DNA from: Octopus vulgaris
Taxonomy: Eukaryota
Reading direction: 5' to 3'
DNA: 64,000 nt
Assembly: GCA_951406725.2 (NCBI GenBank)
Contig: OX597833.1
Span: 7,316,001 to 7,380,000 of the forward strand
The translations under genes and the position numbers were made by a program. Under the pieces are notes generated by a model. That model saw only the letters and a program-made list of their open reading frames with translations, ran no database searches and was not told the origin of the DNA. Below, in pieces: positions 1 to 13,329 of this stretch (positions within the stretch are counted from its first letter, which is position 1; the number at the start of each line of letters is the position of its first letter).

Positions 1-71
1 ATCATCATTAGTATTGCCTTCGTCGTCGTCTCTGCCTTCGTTTTCATCGTTGTTGTCGTCATCGTTACCGC

Positions 72-136
<65 letters not shown>

Positions 137-287
137 GGGTGGAGCACTTGCAGAAAACAGCACTGCTTGGAACTGCTCGAATACTCCGGAAGGTGCTCGA
201 AAAATAAGAGGTGATACCTTAGTTCACTGGTAGTGAACAGCTGACACCACAGTACCACTCCAGCATTAGAAGCTATGCATAGGCAAA

Positions 288-370
<83 letters not shown>

Positions 371-385
371 TAATAATAATAATCA

Positions 386-461
<76 letters not shown>
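72..461. repeat. (AAT)n tracts (72-136, 288-384) followed head-to-head by (ATT)n (389-461)
   Basis: Trinucleotide runs read directly; they explain the poly-Ile ORF 273..641. Confidence 0.95.
137..288 (+). mobile_element. 5'-truncated 3' end of an R4/Dong-clade (restriction-like endonuclease) non-LTR retrotransposon
   Basis: 136-207 translates to RVEHLQKTALLGTARILRKVLEK*, matching the LQKxxLLGTARILRxVL C-terminus typical of R4/Dong/Rex6 ORFs; short 3' UTR with a stem-loop (GTTCACT-GGT-AGTGAAC, 222-238); (TAA)n on both sides. Confidence 0.75.
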
Positions 462-462
<1 letters not shown>

Positions 463-771
463 GCAACAGCGAAAAGAAAAATAATAGATATAACAACAAC
501 AATAATGAGGAGAAACAACACGTAGTATGGGTAAGAGAACTGAGAATCATTGGTGTGCGATGAAATGAGATCAATGACTTCACAAAATAGTTTTAAAGTG
601 GAATTTGATAGACGGAAACTGTGCCAAAGACCCTTAGACAATTGCCATTACCAATAATTTGAAATGATTTCCAAGAATGAAAGGTGGTGGCTTAAGAATT
701 TCTTTGATGCCTTCAGGTTCTCGAAGGTTCAGGTTCTCTTAAAAAGCGTTCTAAAATATTGCGATGGCACA

Positions 772-876
772 TCTTCTTCTTCTTCTTCTTCTTCTTCTTC
801 TTCTTCTTCTTCTTCTTCTTCTTCTTCTTCTTCTTCTTCTTCTTCTTCTTCTTCTTCTTCTTCTTCTTCTTCTTCT
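772..876. repeat. (TTC)n microsatellite followed by a pyrimidine-rich low-complexity tract to about 1040
   Basis: Direct reading; source of the poly-S/F/L/E/K ORFs. Confidence 0.95.
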
Positions 877-1499
877 GTCTTCCTCTTCTCTCTTCCATCT
901 GTTATCCTCTTCGTTGTTGTCTCGTCAACGTCGCCACCGTCGTCGTTATTGCCCTTCTTCTCTACCTCCTCTTCCACCTCCCCACTTCCTATTCCTCCAC
1001 CTCACCTCCCTTCACCTCCTCTTCCTCCTCTTCATCTTCATGAAACCCACGGCCACAACCAACAGCAACAACTACATCTTCAGAAACATTCCCAAAATGT
1101 CACAACTCTCATCATTGTTTGGTTCTTTTAAATATAAACCTTTTTAAAATATCTTCTCACACCCTCACGAATTGAATTGTTTAAGGTTAGTTCCTGTTTT
1201 GAAGGATTGACGTCTAGGGACCCCGTAAGTCTCATGAAACTAGGGCTCAGCAACTAAGAATTCCCTAACCAAGACACAAACCTGTGTAAGGTATTTTTCA
1301 TAAAAGACCTGTAGTTGCCCATAAATACAAATTTTTGTCTCTAACCCACTGATGTTCAAGGGAAACCTAAGATCCGATACATGTAGGTACTAGTATTTGA
1401 CAGTGTAGGGAATAATGTAGGGAACCGGAACAGATATCGCAAACTACCTCAGCCGACGTTCTTACAATTTGGGGTAAGCTACCATTCTTCATTGTTAGG

Positions 1500-2050
1500 T
1501 TTTAGTGACCTGGAAAGAATGAAGAGTAAAGTTGATGTGGGCGAGATTGGAACTCAGATCTTAGAATGGCGGAATAAGTAGCGTAAGATATTCTGTTCGA
1601 CTATTTGATGACTTTGCTAAATTTACTGCTCACCAAACAAAACCACTTCCAATGCCAGCAGTTTGCCCCAGGGGGTAAAGCGATTACATCGACTCCAGCA
1701 CTCAATAGGTACTTATTTTATCGACCCTGAGAAGACAAAAGGCAAAGTCGACCTTGGTGGTATTTGAACTCAGAGCATAAGGCGCCAGAAGAACTGCCAC
1801 TAAGCTTTCGGTCTGGGGTGCTGATAATTCTACCAGCTCGCCACCTCGATTCCAAAGTCTTGCAACAAACGACCAATTTTAGGGGAAAAGGGTGGTTTGT
1901 CTATTGCATCAACCCCCAGTACTTGACTGGTATTTTATTTCATCGATCTTGAAATACAAAGTTGATTTCAGCTGGATTTGAACCCAGAACATACAAAGCC
2001 TGAACAAATCCTGCGAAAGATTCTATCCCACGCTTTAAAGGCCCTAAATA
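1500..2050 (-). mobile_element. Three tandem copies of the dominant tRNA-derived SINE in reverse orientation (about 1500-1630, 1655-1847, 1862-2050)
   Basis: Reverse complement of the family consensus seen many times in this window (GGCGAGCTGGCAGAA...GAGTTCAAAT.CCGCCGAGGTCGACTTTGCCTTTCATCC...GTCGATAAAATAAGTACC...GGGGTCGATGTAATCG). Confidence 0.8.
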
Positions 2051-2089
2051 TTTGTCGATTGGAGTAAAATGTAGAAGAGTTAAATATCT

Positions 2090-2225
2090 TCCTTGGATAG
2101 GGCACAAGTAATGACAGGCAACATGCTAAGCAAAGGGACAATAAAATGTTCTCGCCCCGTAGTTGATATGAACTTACGATCTATGTGTTAGTTGTCCATT
2201 ACCTTACCAAGTCAGCCATCATACC
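2090..2225 (-). mobile_element. Degenerate fragment of a second tRNA-derived SINE family
   Basis: Reverse strand shows A-box/B-box-like head (GGTATGATGGCTGACTTGGTAAGG...GTAAGTTCATATC). Confidence 0.35.
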
Positions 2226-2280
2226 TTCTCTGTTATAACTTCCTTTGTCTAAATATGTCTAAATATATTTTTGTCTACAG

Positions 2281-2395
2281 GGAACGAAAGGGCATTCAGT
2301 TTTGAGAAAGAAGACGTACGCTGTTGCCAGGAAACCTTCTTTAGACGTGGAGGATATTGTCGTTCAGAGAATGCCCATCTCCCGGAAAACTGTCG
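2281..2395 (+). CDS. Coding exon A of an uncharacterised multi-exon gene (GTKGHSVLRKKTYAVARKPSLDVEDIVVQRMPISRKTV)
   Basis: Acceptor ttttgtctacag at 2280, donor G/GTAAGT at 2396; 115 nt, ends in phase 1, matching the next exon. Confidence 0.8.
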
Positions 2396-2491
2396 GTAAG
2401 TCATCTTCAATTAAGCTCATTAATTACCGGTTCATTAGTTTAAAAATCATTAACAGGTCATATATACATATATATAAACCTGTATATTCAC

Positions 2492-2568
<77 letters not shown>

Positions 2569-2729
2569 TGTATGTTTGTATGTATGTATGTATGTATGTA
2601 TGTACGTGTTTGTATATGTGTTTATGTTTGTATTGTGTTTTGTGTGTGTAGATATATATATATATATGTAGATATATATATATATATATATACATATATA
2701 TATGTATATATATATACATATATACATAC

Positions 2730-2762
<33 letters not shown>

Positions 2763-2871
2763 TGTATGTATGCATAATCAAAACACGCACTCACAGGTAT
2801 GTATTAACAGAATGGAACTCAACTTAGGAAAATAGTAATATATTTCTCTCTCGCTCTCCCCTATGAGTGCA

Positions 2872-2902
<31 letters not shown>

Positions 2903-2924
2903 GTGTATGTGTGCGTGTGTGTGC

Positions 2925-2961
<37 letters not shown>

Positions 2962-3715
2962 CTGCTGTCACAAGTCGTCGCTTATATAACAACACTAATC
3001 CGAATATCTCATTCTTTCTAAGCTTTTCCCCTGAAGATATTTCCCCACGAATTTATCTATATGTTTATGGTACTTCTGAAACATGGCTATGCCGGAAGTT
3101 TAACCAACATTAACATATGTTGTACGTTTTTGATATGTGAAAGGAAGAGTATTTCGCAACATGGTCAATATTTATCTATTGTTAATTAGTATAGTCCATT
3201 AGGTGTAATTTTAAATCTTGTTTTGTTGGAACTGATCCTATCGCAGCATTAGTTATAACTAATGTATTTATTTATGTTAGTTAAATGTATACGCATTTGT
3301 TCTGGAATTAGTTTGCTTTATTTATTATATTTTTGGGATATATTTGCAGTTTAATGGGGAGAATTAGGTAATGAACGTGACTTAAGGACGGCTGGTTGTA
3401 CGCCGGCGAAATATATAAATTACATCGTAACTAACGACAATGCTGTAAGACAAATGTTAAAACAATTGTTTGCTTATTTCTGGGGTATTTAATAGTTATT
3501 TTGGCTTGTTTTTTTATTCTCAAGAAATATTTAATGTGTGTTTATTTCTACATGACTGACTGATGACGAATAAATACACTGTGTATTTATTTTATTTGTT
3601 TCTACCTTTGTTGATTCTATTAAGCGGTGTGTTTATCTAATTGTAATGTGTTAGAAGGGAGTGAAACACGTGTTGATGGAAAGGTAGTTGTGGGAGTGAA
3701 AGGAGATTATATGGG

Positions 3716-3802
<87 letters not shown>

Positions 3803-4010
3803 GGCGAGGTGGTAGAATGGTTGGCGTTTCGTATAACATATGAAATGTTAATTGCATTTTTTATGACCCTACGTTCTGCGTTCAAATACCACCGAGACTG
3901 ACTTTGCATTCTACCCTTCGGGAACGATAAAATAAAGCAGCAGTCAAGTACTGGGTCGACGTAATGGACTTACCCGCTGTCCTCAAAACAGCTGGCTTTG
4001 TGCCAAAAAA
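3803..4010 (+). mobile_element. Dominant tRNA-derived SINE between (ATT)n (3716-3802) and (ATC)n (4017-4190)
   Basis: A-box TGGTAGAATGG, B-box GTTCAAATACC, family body and TTGTGCCAAAA tail. Confidence 0.85.
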
Positions 4011-4022
4011 TATCTTCATCAT

Positions 4023-4125
<103 letters not shown>

Positions 4126-4133
4126 TTCATCAC

Positions 4134-4190
<57 letters not shown>

Positions 4191-4589
4191 ATTTGAAATT
4201 GGAGAATGCTAAGATACCAGGCATATAATTGTTTGTTTAGAGAAAAGAAAGAGGTACTCGCTAATTACTCATTTAATCCGCTAAATTGGATAAGTGTGTC
4301 GGTTCGTTGTAGCAGCAATTAAGAACAACATTTGTGATTAGTACGTCAGTAATGTGTTGAGCTCAAGGGACTTAGAAAAGATTCTGAAAAGCTTGTTTAT
4401 GTAGTTAAGGTGTTACTGAACACAGGTACTGAGTAGGTGATCTATTTTTGTGTTTTGTTTAAAACTGAGCAAATGAATTTCATAAATAATATATTAGCAA
4501 TTGTAAATACACCTTCTAATTATTTATTTTAAATTTTTATTGCCAATTTGTTATTTAGAGTCTAGTTTTATACGTTGTTGATCAACCGT

Positions 4590-4892
4590 TGGAGTTTGTG
4601 TGCGCTTTAAAAGTGAGTTTTATGTTGTCAGAAAAAGATTTTTCAGGTTGTCTGCTGAGGATTTGGTTTTTTGCGAAGAGTTTTTCTCCACATTCCTTGT
4701 TAGAAAAGTACCAGGCTTATTGTCACTAGTACCAACTTTTCCTCTAGAAATTATTTTTCAGTTTAGATTTTCGTTTCACCGTTTCTCTTTCAAGATCCAA
4801 ATATAACTGGAAAACGAGGTGTCTTTATGTACATCTGTTCAAATGCATGTGTATGTTGACTTAAGCTGATTTTGCAAGTATTGTAAATACGT

Positions 4893-4929
<37 letters not shown>

Positions 4930-5045
4930 GGCCTGCTCGCTTAGCCAGCGGGGTGGCGTCATTTGAAGGCTAAAACAACGCAAAGTACATTGTGACCAGC
5001 GATGTGTAGCAACATTTGATAGCCTGGTCAGTCACAGTGATCACA

Positions 5046-5095
<50 letters not shown>

Positions 5096-5790
5096 CACAT
5101 CTTAGAGGAGATGTTAGTTTGTATTGTACATTTATTTATATTTTACGTGATATAACCGGCATCTACAATAGAGTTAATCAGATTTTTACGCTTTCAATTT
5201 GTGGTAGAGTCCGTAATAGGATTGTTCATTTTAGTCATGCTCAACAATCTGGAAAATTTAGTGGTAGAATAGTCTTTTAATAGTGTTCCTGTTAAAGATT
5301 TTGCGATATTTGTGTTGCAGAGGAAAGTATTTCCAAAAATGCTATCGGAGTGGTAATAGTTAAATTAAACGTTGTTAGCGTTTTGTCTGATTTTCAATAT
5401 GCGATATTGTTTTGGGTAGTCGCTCTTTGTTGGTGTGTCATTAAAGTATTTAGAGGTGCTTTTAAATAATCTCAGTTGGCGAAAAAATTTGGCTATCTAC
5501 AGAAGGTACACGCTGAATTACTTTTAATGTTTTCAGGATCTTTTGACCGCTTGTGCACATAAGTTAAGAGTATGTTTGCGAAATAGGAAAAACAAGTAAT
5601 TTTTTAGCCTCAAATTTATGACTAAAAAGTTTGCAACAGCAAAGTCAGAGTCCATGACACTTAGTAGTCCTTGGTGGAAATTTTCACTGAGTTTGAACGC
5701 TTAGTGTGGAATAAATTTGTAGAGAAAATTTAGACCATTATCGCTATTTAAACCCTCTTCGATATGAGATAAATTAGCTTTAGATACACA
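4590..5790 (-). mobile_element. Decayed Penelope-like element remnant (RT C-terminus to GIY-YIG region), interrupted by (TA)n and a short insertion at about 4929-5050
   Basis: Minus-strand fragments TSFSSYIWILKEK...KIISR (cf. TxLSxxIWxLK..IxWxI of Penelope GIY-YIG tails) near 4740-4821 and EEGLNSDNGLNFL (cf. ExExxxxLxFLD) near 5725-5765; many stops. Confidence 0.4.
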
Positions 5791-5958
5791 CAAAATACAC
5801 GCACGCACGCGCGCGCAAACACACACGTATAGAGATATATGTATACATACATTTATACATATTATATATATATGTGCGTGTGTGTATATATGCATATACA
5901 TGCATACATACATACATACATATATACATACATATATATACATACATACATACATACA

Positions 5959-6008
<50 letters not shown>

Positions 6009-6049
6009 CATACATAAATGCATGCATATATATATATATATATATATAA

Positions 6050-6106
<57 letters not shown>

Positions 6107-6501
6107 CATACTTACATATATACATACATATATACATAAATGCATGCATATATATATATATATATACATACATACAGCTTCAGAATTCAGATACATATAT
6201 GCATGTACCTACATATTTATACATATGTGCATACATATGCAACAATTCTGACAGATGCATACACACTCACACGTGCACACACACGCACGCGCACACACAC
6301 ACATGCACACACACACACACACACGCACACACACACATACTCTCACACACACGCACGTGTACACACACACATACACACACTGTATAGTCAGCTACGAAGT
6401 CTAAAAAGGAATGGCTGAAGTGTGCGCAGCTTTGCAGCTTTGTAATGTAGCTCTTTAGTACTGGAAACGATTATCTAAGATAAACAGATGAGACAAATAC
6501 A

Positions 6502-6560
<59 letters not shown>

Positions 6561-7003
6561 AGAGAGAGAGCTATACATAACTACAACCCAGAGCTCTCGA
6601 GGTGTGTGCTGCAGAGCAACAGATGCAACTGGAGATGTTTCTGGAATGCTTGGTGGTGGTGGTGGTGGTGTTGGTGGTGGTAGTTTAGTGGTGGTGGTGG
6701 TGGTGGTGGTGGTGGTGGTGGTGGTGGTGGTGGTGGGTTGTATATCTCAATAAACTACCACTTGATTACCGACCTTAATTTGCCTGAAGTGTTTCTGAGT
6801 CTGAAAGAAAGAAAGACACGAATGCCACAACATTATCACCGTTATTCCATCATTGTTCTATATGCAATGAGTTGTGCCTGCCTCTGAAAGAAGCATAAAT
6901 ACGGGTCTATGTGTGAACTTAGATGAGAGCCTTCATACCTTGAATTGTGCATTATATACAGTTAACCAAATTATATTTAAACTAGTCTATATGAATGTAT
7001 GTG

Positions 7004-7091
<88 letters not shown>

Positions 7092-7220
7092 CCTACCTAC
7101 CTATCTATATATATATATATAGTCAATAATAAAAGGGTAAAATTAATTAATTATTAATTAATAATTTTACCAAGTAGTGTTCAATATGTAAAAAGACCAT
7201 TTACGGTATATTTAAAACAT

Positions 7221-7439
7221 TACGTTATATAATTAGGGTTCAGTAAAATATTTTACTTTACCACACACGGAACTTTTAGAAATAGCAGCCCACATTTTTT
7301 TAGCTATTTCCTCTACTATAAGAAAAGTCTCCCAGACAATTGTCCTAGTAGAGGAAATAGCTAAAATATTTTGGCTGCTATTTCTAAAAGTTCCGTGTGT
7401 GGTAAAGTAAATTTTTTTACTGAACCCTAATTATATAAC

Positions 7440-7442
<3 letters not shown>
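7221..7442. repeat. Long inverted repeat, about 98-bp arms (7221-7318 / 7346-7442) with 27-nt loop
   Basis: Arms are near-perfect reverse complements; part of a ~320-bp element flanked by (TA)n. Confidence 0.95.
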
Positions 7443-7520
<78 letters not shown>

Positions 7521-8466
7521 TATTCTTAAAAGATATGCTGCCCTAAAAAAACGGTCCCCTTACTGAATTCAATTACCTTGCCCCGGCCCCTAATCAAGCA
7601 GACGTGTTATGGGAAGGTGATTGTGTATATTAGAGCGTTCAACTAACTTACCATTCCTTAGCTGAGACCCACTACATAACTTCCTCACACAGAACAATAC
7701 CGAGTACTTTGATATGAAATGAGGGTGCATTGTGACTATTCAGTTTGGACGAACTGCATTTCCACAAATATCCAGTCTGTTCCCCTGTCTGTAGGTTCTG
7801 GGAGCTGTCACAGCAGAATCAGACGGAACAGATGCTCTACTTTTGCGTCTTTGATAGAATTTAATAGTATTTAACCAAAGTTAAAATCTTTAGTGTTTCC
7901 CATCACACTGAGGTCTACTTCAAATAAATACCAGTTATACACTAGGAGTTTCAATGAAAATGTTTGACTAACCAAAATATTTATCCTGCCATATTAGGAA
8001 TAAATAAGTACAATTACCAGAAATTTCTCTATTGATCTCCGCATGTTTCCTCGGTGATCTCCCGTATTTTCTGGTCGAATCGAGCATTCTTTCAATGTCT
8101 AAACTAGGTCCACTCCCATCACTTTTTAAGACCTAATTCAGACAAAGGCAAACCCTTTTTTTTTAAACCCGTGGACCGACCACATTAAATATTGCACGTT
8201 ATAAATCGGCCACTCCTCCAAAAACCCTACAAAATAAAAACATCGTTTTTAATTATCTTTTGGGATTTAATCTGACTGTTATAAAAGAATGACCCCAGAA
8301 AAAGCTATTATGTTGGTAATATCATGAAATTACGCCTTACAGAAAGTGAAAAAAGGGGCACAAAATTGTTGGCCATGACTACCTCAGTTTAATACCCTTT
8401 CAACCTTGAGACTCCATTTGCTGAATATTCCTATTTATATCATAGTTTAATATTTCTTTTACTTCC

Positions 8467-8905
8467 GGCAGAGAGCTGGCAGAATCGTTAGCACGCCGGA
8501 CAGTAATACTTACCGACATTTCGTCCGTCTTCACGTGTTGAGTTCAAATACCACCGAGGTTGATTTTCTTTTGCTTTCCGTTCTTTTTTGAGATCGATTA
8601 AAAGTACCAGCTGTGTACGGGGGTCGATGTAATCGACTTAATCCCTCCTTCGAAATTGCTAACTTTGAAATCAACCCTTTTTTTTACTCAAGGCGGCAAG
8701 TTGACAGATTCGTTTAAGACACCAAGCAAAACACTTAGCGACTTTTCGTTCATTTTTATTCTCTGAGTTCAAATTCTACCGAGGTCGACTTTATCTTTCA
8801 TCGTTTCGAGATCGATAAAATAAGCACCTGTTGATCACTGGGCTCCAAGGAATCGACTAAACCCTTTCCCTGAAATTGCTGGCTTTGTGCCAAAACTTGA
8901 AACTA
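8467..8905 (+). mobile_element. Two tandem copies of the dominant SINE (8467-8670, 8691-8905)
   Basis: Both match the family consensus from tRNA-like head to GTGCCAAAA.TTGAAA-type tail. Confidence 0.9.
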
Positions 8906-9108
8906 GAATTTCTTTTACATTCCTGTTGAATATCCCAACCTTCTGTTCCATCTACATTGGCGAAGTACCACTCAACTCCTTGTCGCAATAGTTTAATATT
9001 TCTGTTCCATTCTACATTCCGGAGAGTTCTTCATCCATTCCGTCTGCATTATTCGAGTACTCACATTAAATCTTGAGTTTAATATTTTTTTCTTTTTTTT
9101 TTTAACAG

Positions 9109-9248
9109 TTGAATACTCCTACCCTGAGAGCGTGTACGACCACCGTGCTTCGGCCTACTCTAACGCCGTGGTCGACGATTGCTATGACCTCCACCACCAC
9201 TCCAAAGGTCGTGATCACCATCTGCTCAAAAAGATGAACAATGCATTG
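9109..9248 (+). CDS. Coding exon B ((V)EYSYPESVYDHRASAYSNAVVDDCYDLHHHSKGRDHHLLKKMNNAL)
   Basis: Long poly-T acceptor ending aacag at 9108, donor TTG/GTGAGT at 9249; the split codon G+TT joins exon A in frame; ends phase 0; GC-richer than flanks. Confidence 0.88.
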
Positions 9249-9840
9249 GTGAGTGACTTCCACATGCCTTCACTACATACATTGCTCAACATATATACAT
9301 ACACACTTACATACATACACACTCACACACACACGTATTAAGGGGATGCCTGTCTGTGGAATACTCAGCCACTTACATGCTAATTCAATGAACGAGGATT
9401 TCAGATAATCGAGCGACTGAATCTTCACCGTCACCACCGTCAACTAGATGTGTGGATCCTGATTATATGATTGGTTGATCGACGAGTCACTCGGTAACTT
9501 CTTGTAATTCAGCCCATCCTTAGCCTGGACGAGGAATGTATAAGTGAGAGGAAATAAAGGGATGCGGAGGGTAGACTGAACCTAATTCTAAATCAGCGCC
9601 AATTACAGACACGTTCCGTTATGTTCTTTTGCTTCCGAGAGAAATTCTTTGTTTGTAGAAGAATTTATTTGGAATTTGTCTCATATCTCGAAGAATGTAC
9701 AGCGTAGAGACACCGTCCGACGCTTTCTACGTGAATAGAAACCCTTAGATTTCAGAAACCTTACTGTTTTCGGAGGTTGGAAAACAGCACTGTTATCAAA
9801 TAAAACATTTTTGATCTATACAGTGCACCTACTACCTACG

Positions 9841-10060
9841 GCGGCGAGTTTGGCACAATGGCTAGAGAGACTTGTTCCTGATCGTTAGCTTGTGGGTTCG
9901 ATTGCGGGATCAGATGGCGCATTATGTCTTTGAGTAAGGCACACCACTAGGCGTTGCTTCATTTCACTTCTGCTGAAAATTTGAACCAGCAGTAGGAATA
10001 CCAGTTCTGGCAGCGGTAACAGTAACGGACTGATGCTGTGTTTAGCGGAAGTTTTATAGT
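9841..10060 (+). mobile_element. Older tRNA-derived SINE of a second family
   Basis: A-box TGGCACAATGG, B-box GGTTCGATTGC, followed by TGTCTTTGAGTAAGGCAC core; related copies at about 51300-51530 and 56026-56270. Confidence 0.6.
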
Positions 10061-10623
10061 TTTAGGCGCTTAAGGGCCTTGAAAACCAGGATCAGTCCCA
10101 ATCTAAGTGGCTTGCAGGTTCGATATAGATTGAACGATTTTTAGACATTTATAAAGCAATTTAGAGCGTTTGAGAGTTAAAGAATTTTACACTTAGGAAC
10201 ATTAAGAAATACAATGATATGAACGATTGACCGTTGGTCAAGAAGAACCTGCGTGCCACTGTTACATACTGGTGCTACTAAATATGGTAACTGATCACTT
10301 CAGATATTTTACAATAAATGTGTCTGATGCGAACGGTAGAGGAGGGACGCTACAAGATACGAACCATTGGCCGTTCGTCCAGCAGAACCATCATACCATC
10401 ATACAGTTGGTACTAAATACCATCATACAGTTGCTACTAAATATGGTGGATGATTTAACAACAAATGTATTTGGTGCGAACGGGAGAATGAAACAGTGTA
10501 AGTAATAATTCTTATTTACTTGGAAATGGCATAATATATTTGACCAGAGTCAACAAGAAGCGACAATATTTTCAGAATCTCATTTGCCTACATTTTTCTA
10601 TTCCATGCTTTTGAGAAGAGGGA

Positions 10624-10663
<40 letters not shown>

Positions 10664-11238
10664 CGTGGACAGAACGCGGATGATTTCCGTTGGTAACTTT
10701 CCACACAAAATCTGATATCGATTTTCCTGTAACAGACACAATTAAGTGTTCGACACCCCATAAATACAACGGGATATCTACACTGGATTTGAACTCACTA
10801 TACATTAGCCAATACCAAATAATTAGCAGCAATTACAAAACTAGCTATACATCAATACAATACAAGATAAGTAATTAAGAAAATCAACATAATTAAACAA
10901 AAACAAACAAAACATTAATACACAAAAAACAACAATTTGTGAAAAATTGTTTTTCTTTGTTTTTCTCATATAATCACATCGTGCACAAATTTTTGAGAAG
11001 ACAGCATATATATGCATATGAATATAACATATATATATATATCTATATATATATATATGTGTGTATGCATAGATATATATGTCTGTCAATTATGTTGTAT
11101 TTAAATGCCTTATTATTATATACATTCGTAAATTTCTTTGGTAATTTTGATAATTTAATTAAAAACAAGAAACTAATGAATTATAATTTTTAATTTTTAT
11201 TCCAGTTTTAATTATTTTTAATTTCTTGTAATTCATGC

Positions 11239-11323
<85 letters not shown>

Positions 11324-11338
11324 ATATAATATAATATA

Positions 11339-11386
<48 letters not shown>

Positions 11387-12047
11387 CACCTTCTTTATTA
11401 TCTGAGCACCAAGGTAAATATCGGTCGATTTTTTCAGTTTGGAATTACAATACCACGTGAAAAAAAAGATTAAAAATAAAAAGCAGAAAAAATACGAAAC
11501 TAACGGAAATATAAAATTCACAAAATTTTTTTTTCCATCACGAAAACAAACTACAAATTTTGATTACTTATTTTCGTATTTTTCTTTTTTCTCTTGTTAT
11601 TTTTTTCTTTTTTCATAAATATTTCTTTTTACAAAGGAGATGATTGATTTTAGATCAATAATACAAAAAAAATAGGATAAACTGAAGTATCGAACGGTGA
11701 ATTTTAACTGAACGTTTGTAAGGCAACTATAAATATATAACAACAACAACAAAAAAAAGACCAACATTTACTAATTTATATTTTGACTTCGGTTTTTTAT
11801 ACTCGTTTCTTCTTTTGTTAACTACTTTTTCATTGTTTTTTTTGTTTCTTTCTTTTATTTTTTTTTGTCCCTTTTCTTTCCTTTTCTCTTCTGTGTTTTA
11901 GAATAATGAGGAAAAAAAATTTTCTAAAATACGGTTTCCGTGTTAAAGTGTTTACTCTCACCTCTGATCTGATCCTCCTTTTCCTAAATTTATTTTCGTA
12001 GACGACGGCATAAGTAACAATAATATACATGCATTACATATACATAC

Positions 12048-12182
<135 letters not shown>

Positions 12183-12421
12183 GGTACACATATTTATATA
12201 TATAGATACATATTTACATATATACACATATGTATATCATACATACATATACACACGTACGTATACACACATACACTCACTCACACATGAACTTTGCCGA
12301 CACTACCACCTTTTGACGACTCTTTTCACTTTCCTTTCTTTATTTTCCCCTTTCCGAGTGCAAGTCTACTAAGACCATTATATACATATAATATATAATG
12401 AAAACACACACATGCATATAA

Positions 12422-12466
<45 letters not shown>

Positions 12467-13075
12467 TGTGTTTGTGGTATGCTTTCTGACATTGGTTATG
12501 TCAAAGCAATAATTTCTTTTAGTAAAAATATAATCTACGTATTAACAAAACGCACATTTTCTTTATAATTCCTCCATATCTATTAGTATTTCATATAATT
12601 AAAACTCACATCCACAACAGACAGATCAGTAAACACAGTCTTCTTCTTTTAAGAAACATTAATATCTATAAATTGTAAAGTTTACACCTGAAAATATAGG
12701 TTTTCTTGATGTACCGTTATAAATTAGTGGCAGACATCTTGTTAGTTAGGAGTGCATGACGGATCGTTACGTCACATAATACATTGTCCACAGAAATCCT
12801 ACTCTTTATTTTTCATTTTAGTACTTTAGATGTGGGGACAACGATATACTGTTGTGAGGGGAAAAGATTAACTCCTGATGACCAGATTCCTACAAATACG
12901 ATTTCGATTCTTGGCGTCAGCTTAAGTCAACTATAACCAAATATATGTGTGTATATTTATATGCATGCATTCACACACATATATATACACACATATTTAT
13001 ATACATACATATATATACATACACACACACATACATATATATATGTGTGTGTGTGTGTGCGTGCGTACATATATG

Positions 13076-13143
<68 letters not shown>

Positions 13144-13195
13144 TATATATATGTATATATTTATGCATATATATATATGTATATATATATATATA

Positions 13196-13276
<81 letters not shown>

Positions 13277-13329
13277 GTATGCATGTATATGGAAAAGGTT
13301 TATTTCAAGAATAGTGATGCAGTAATGAA

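Noticed and set aside
12875-12910. CTGATGA motif
   Set aside because: No downstream GAAA box or helices
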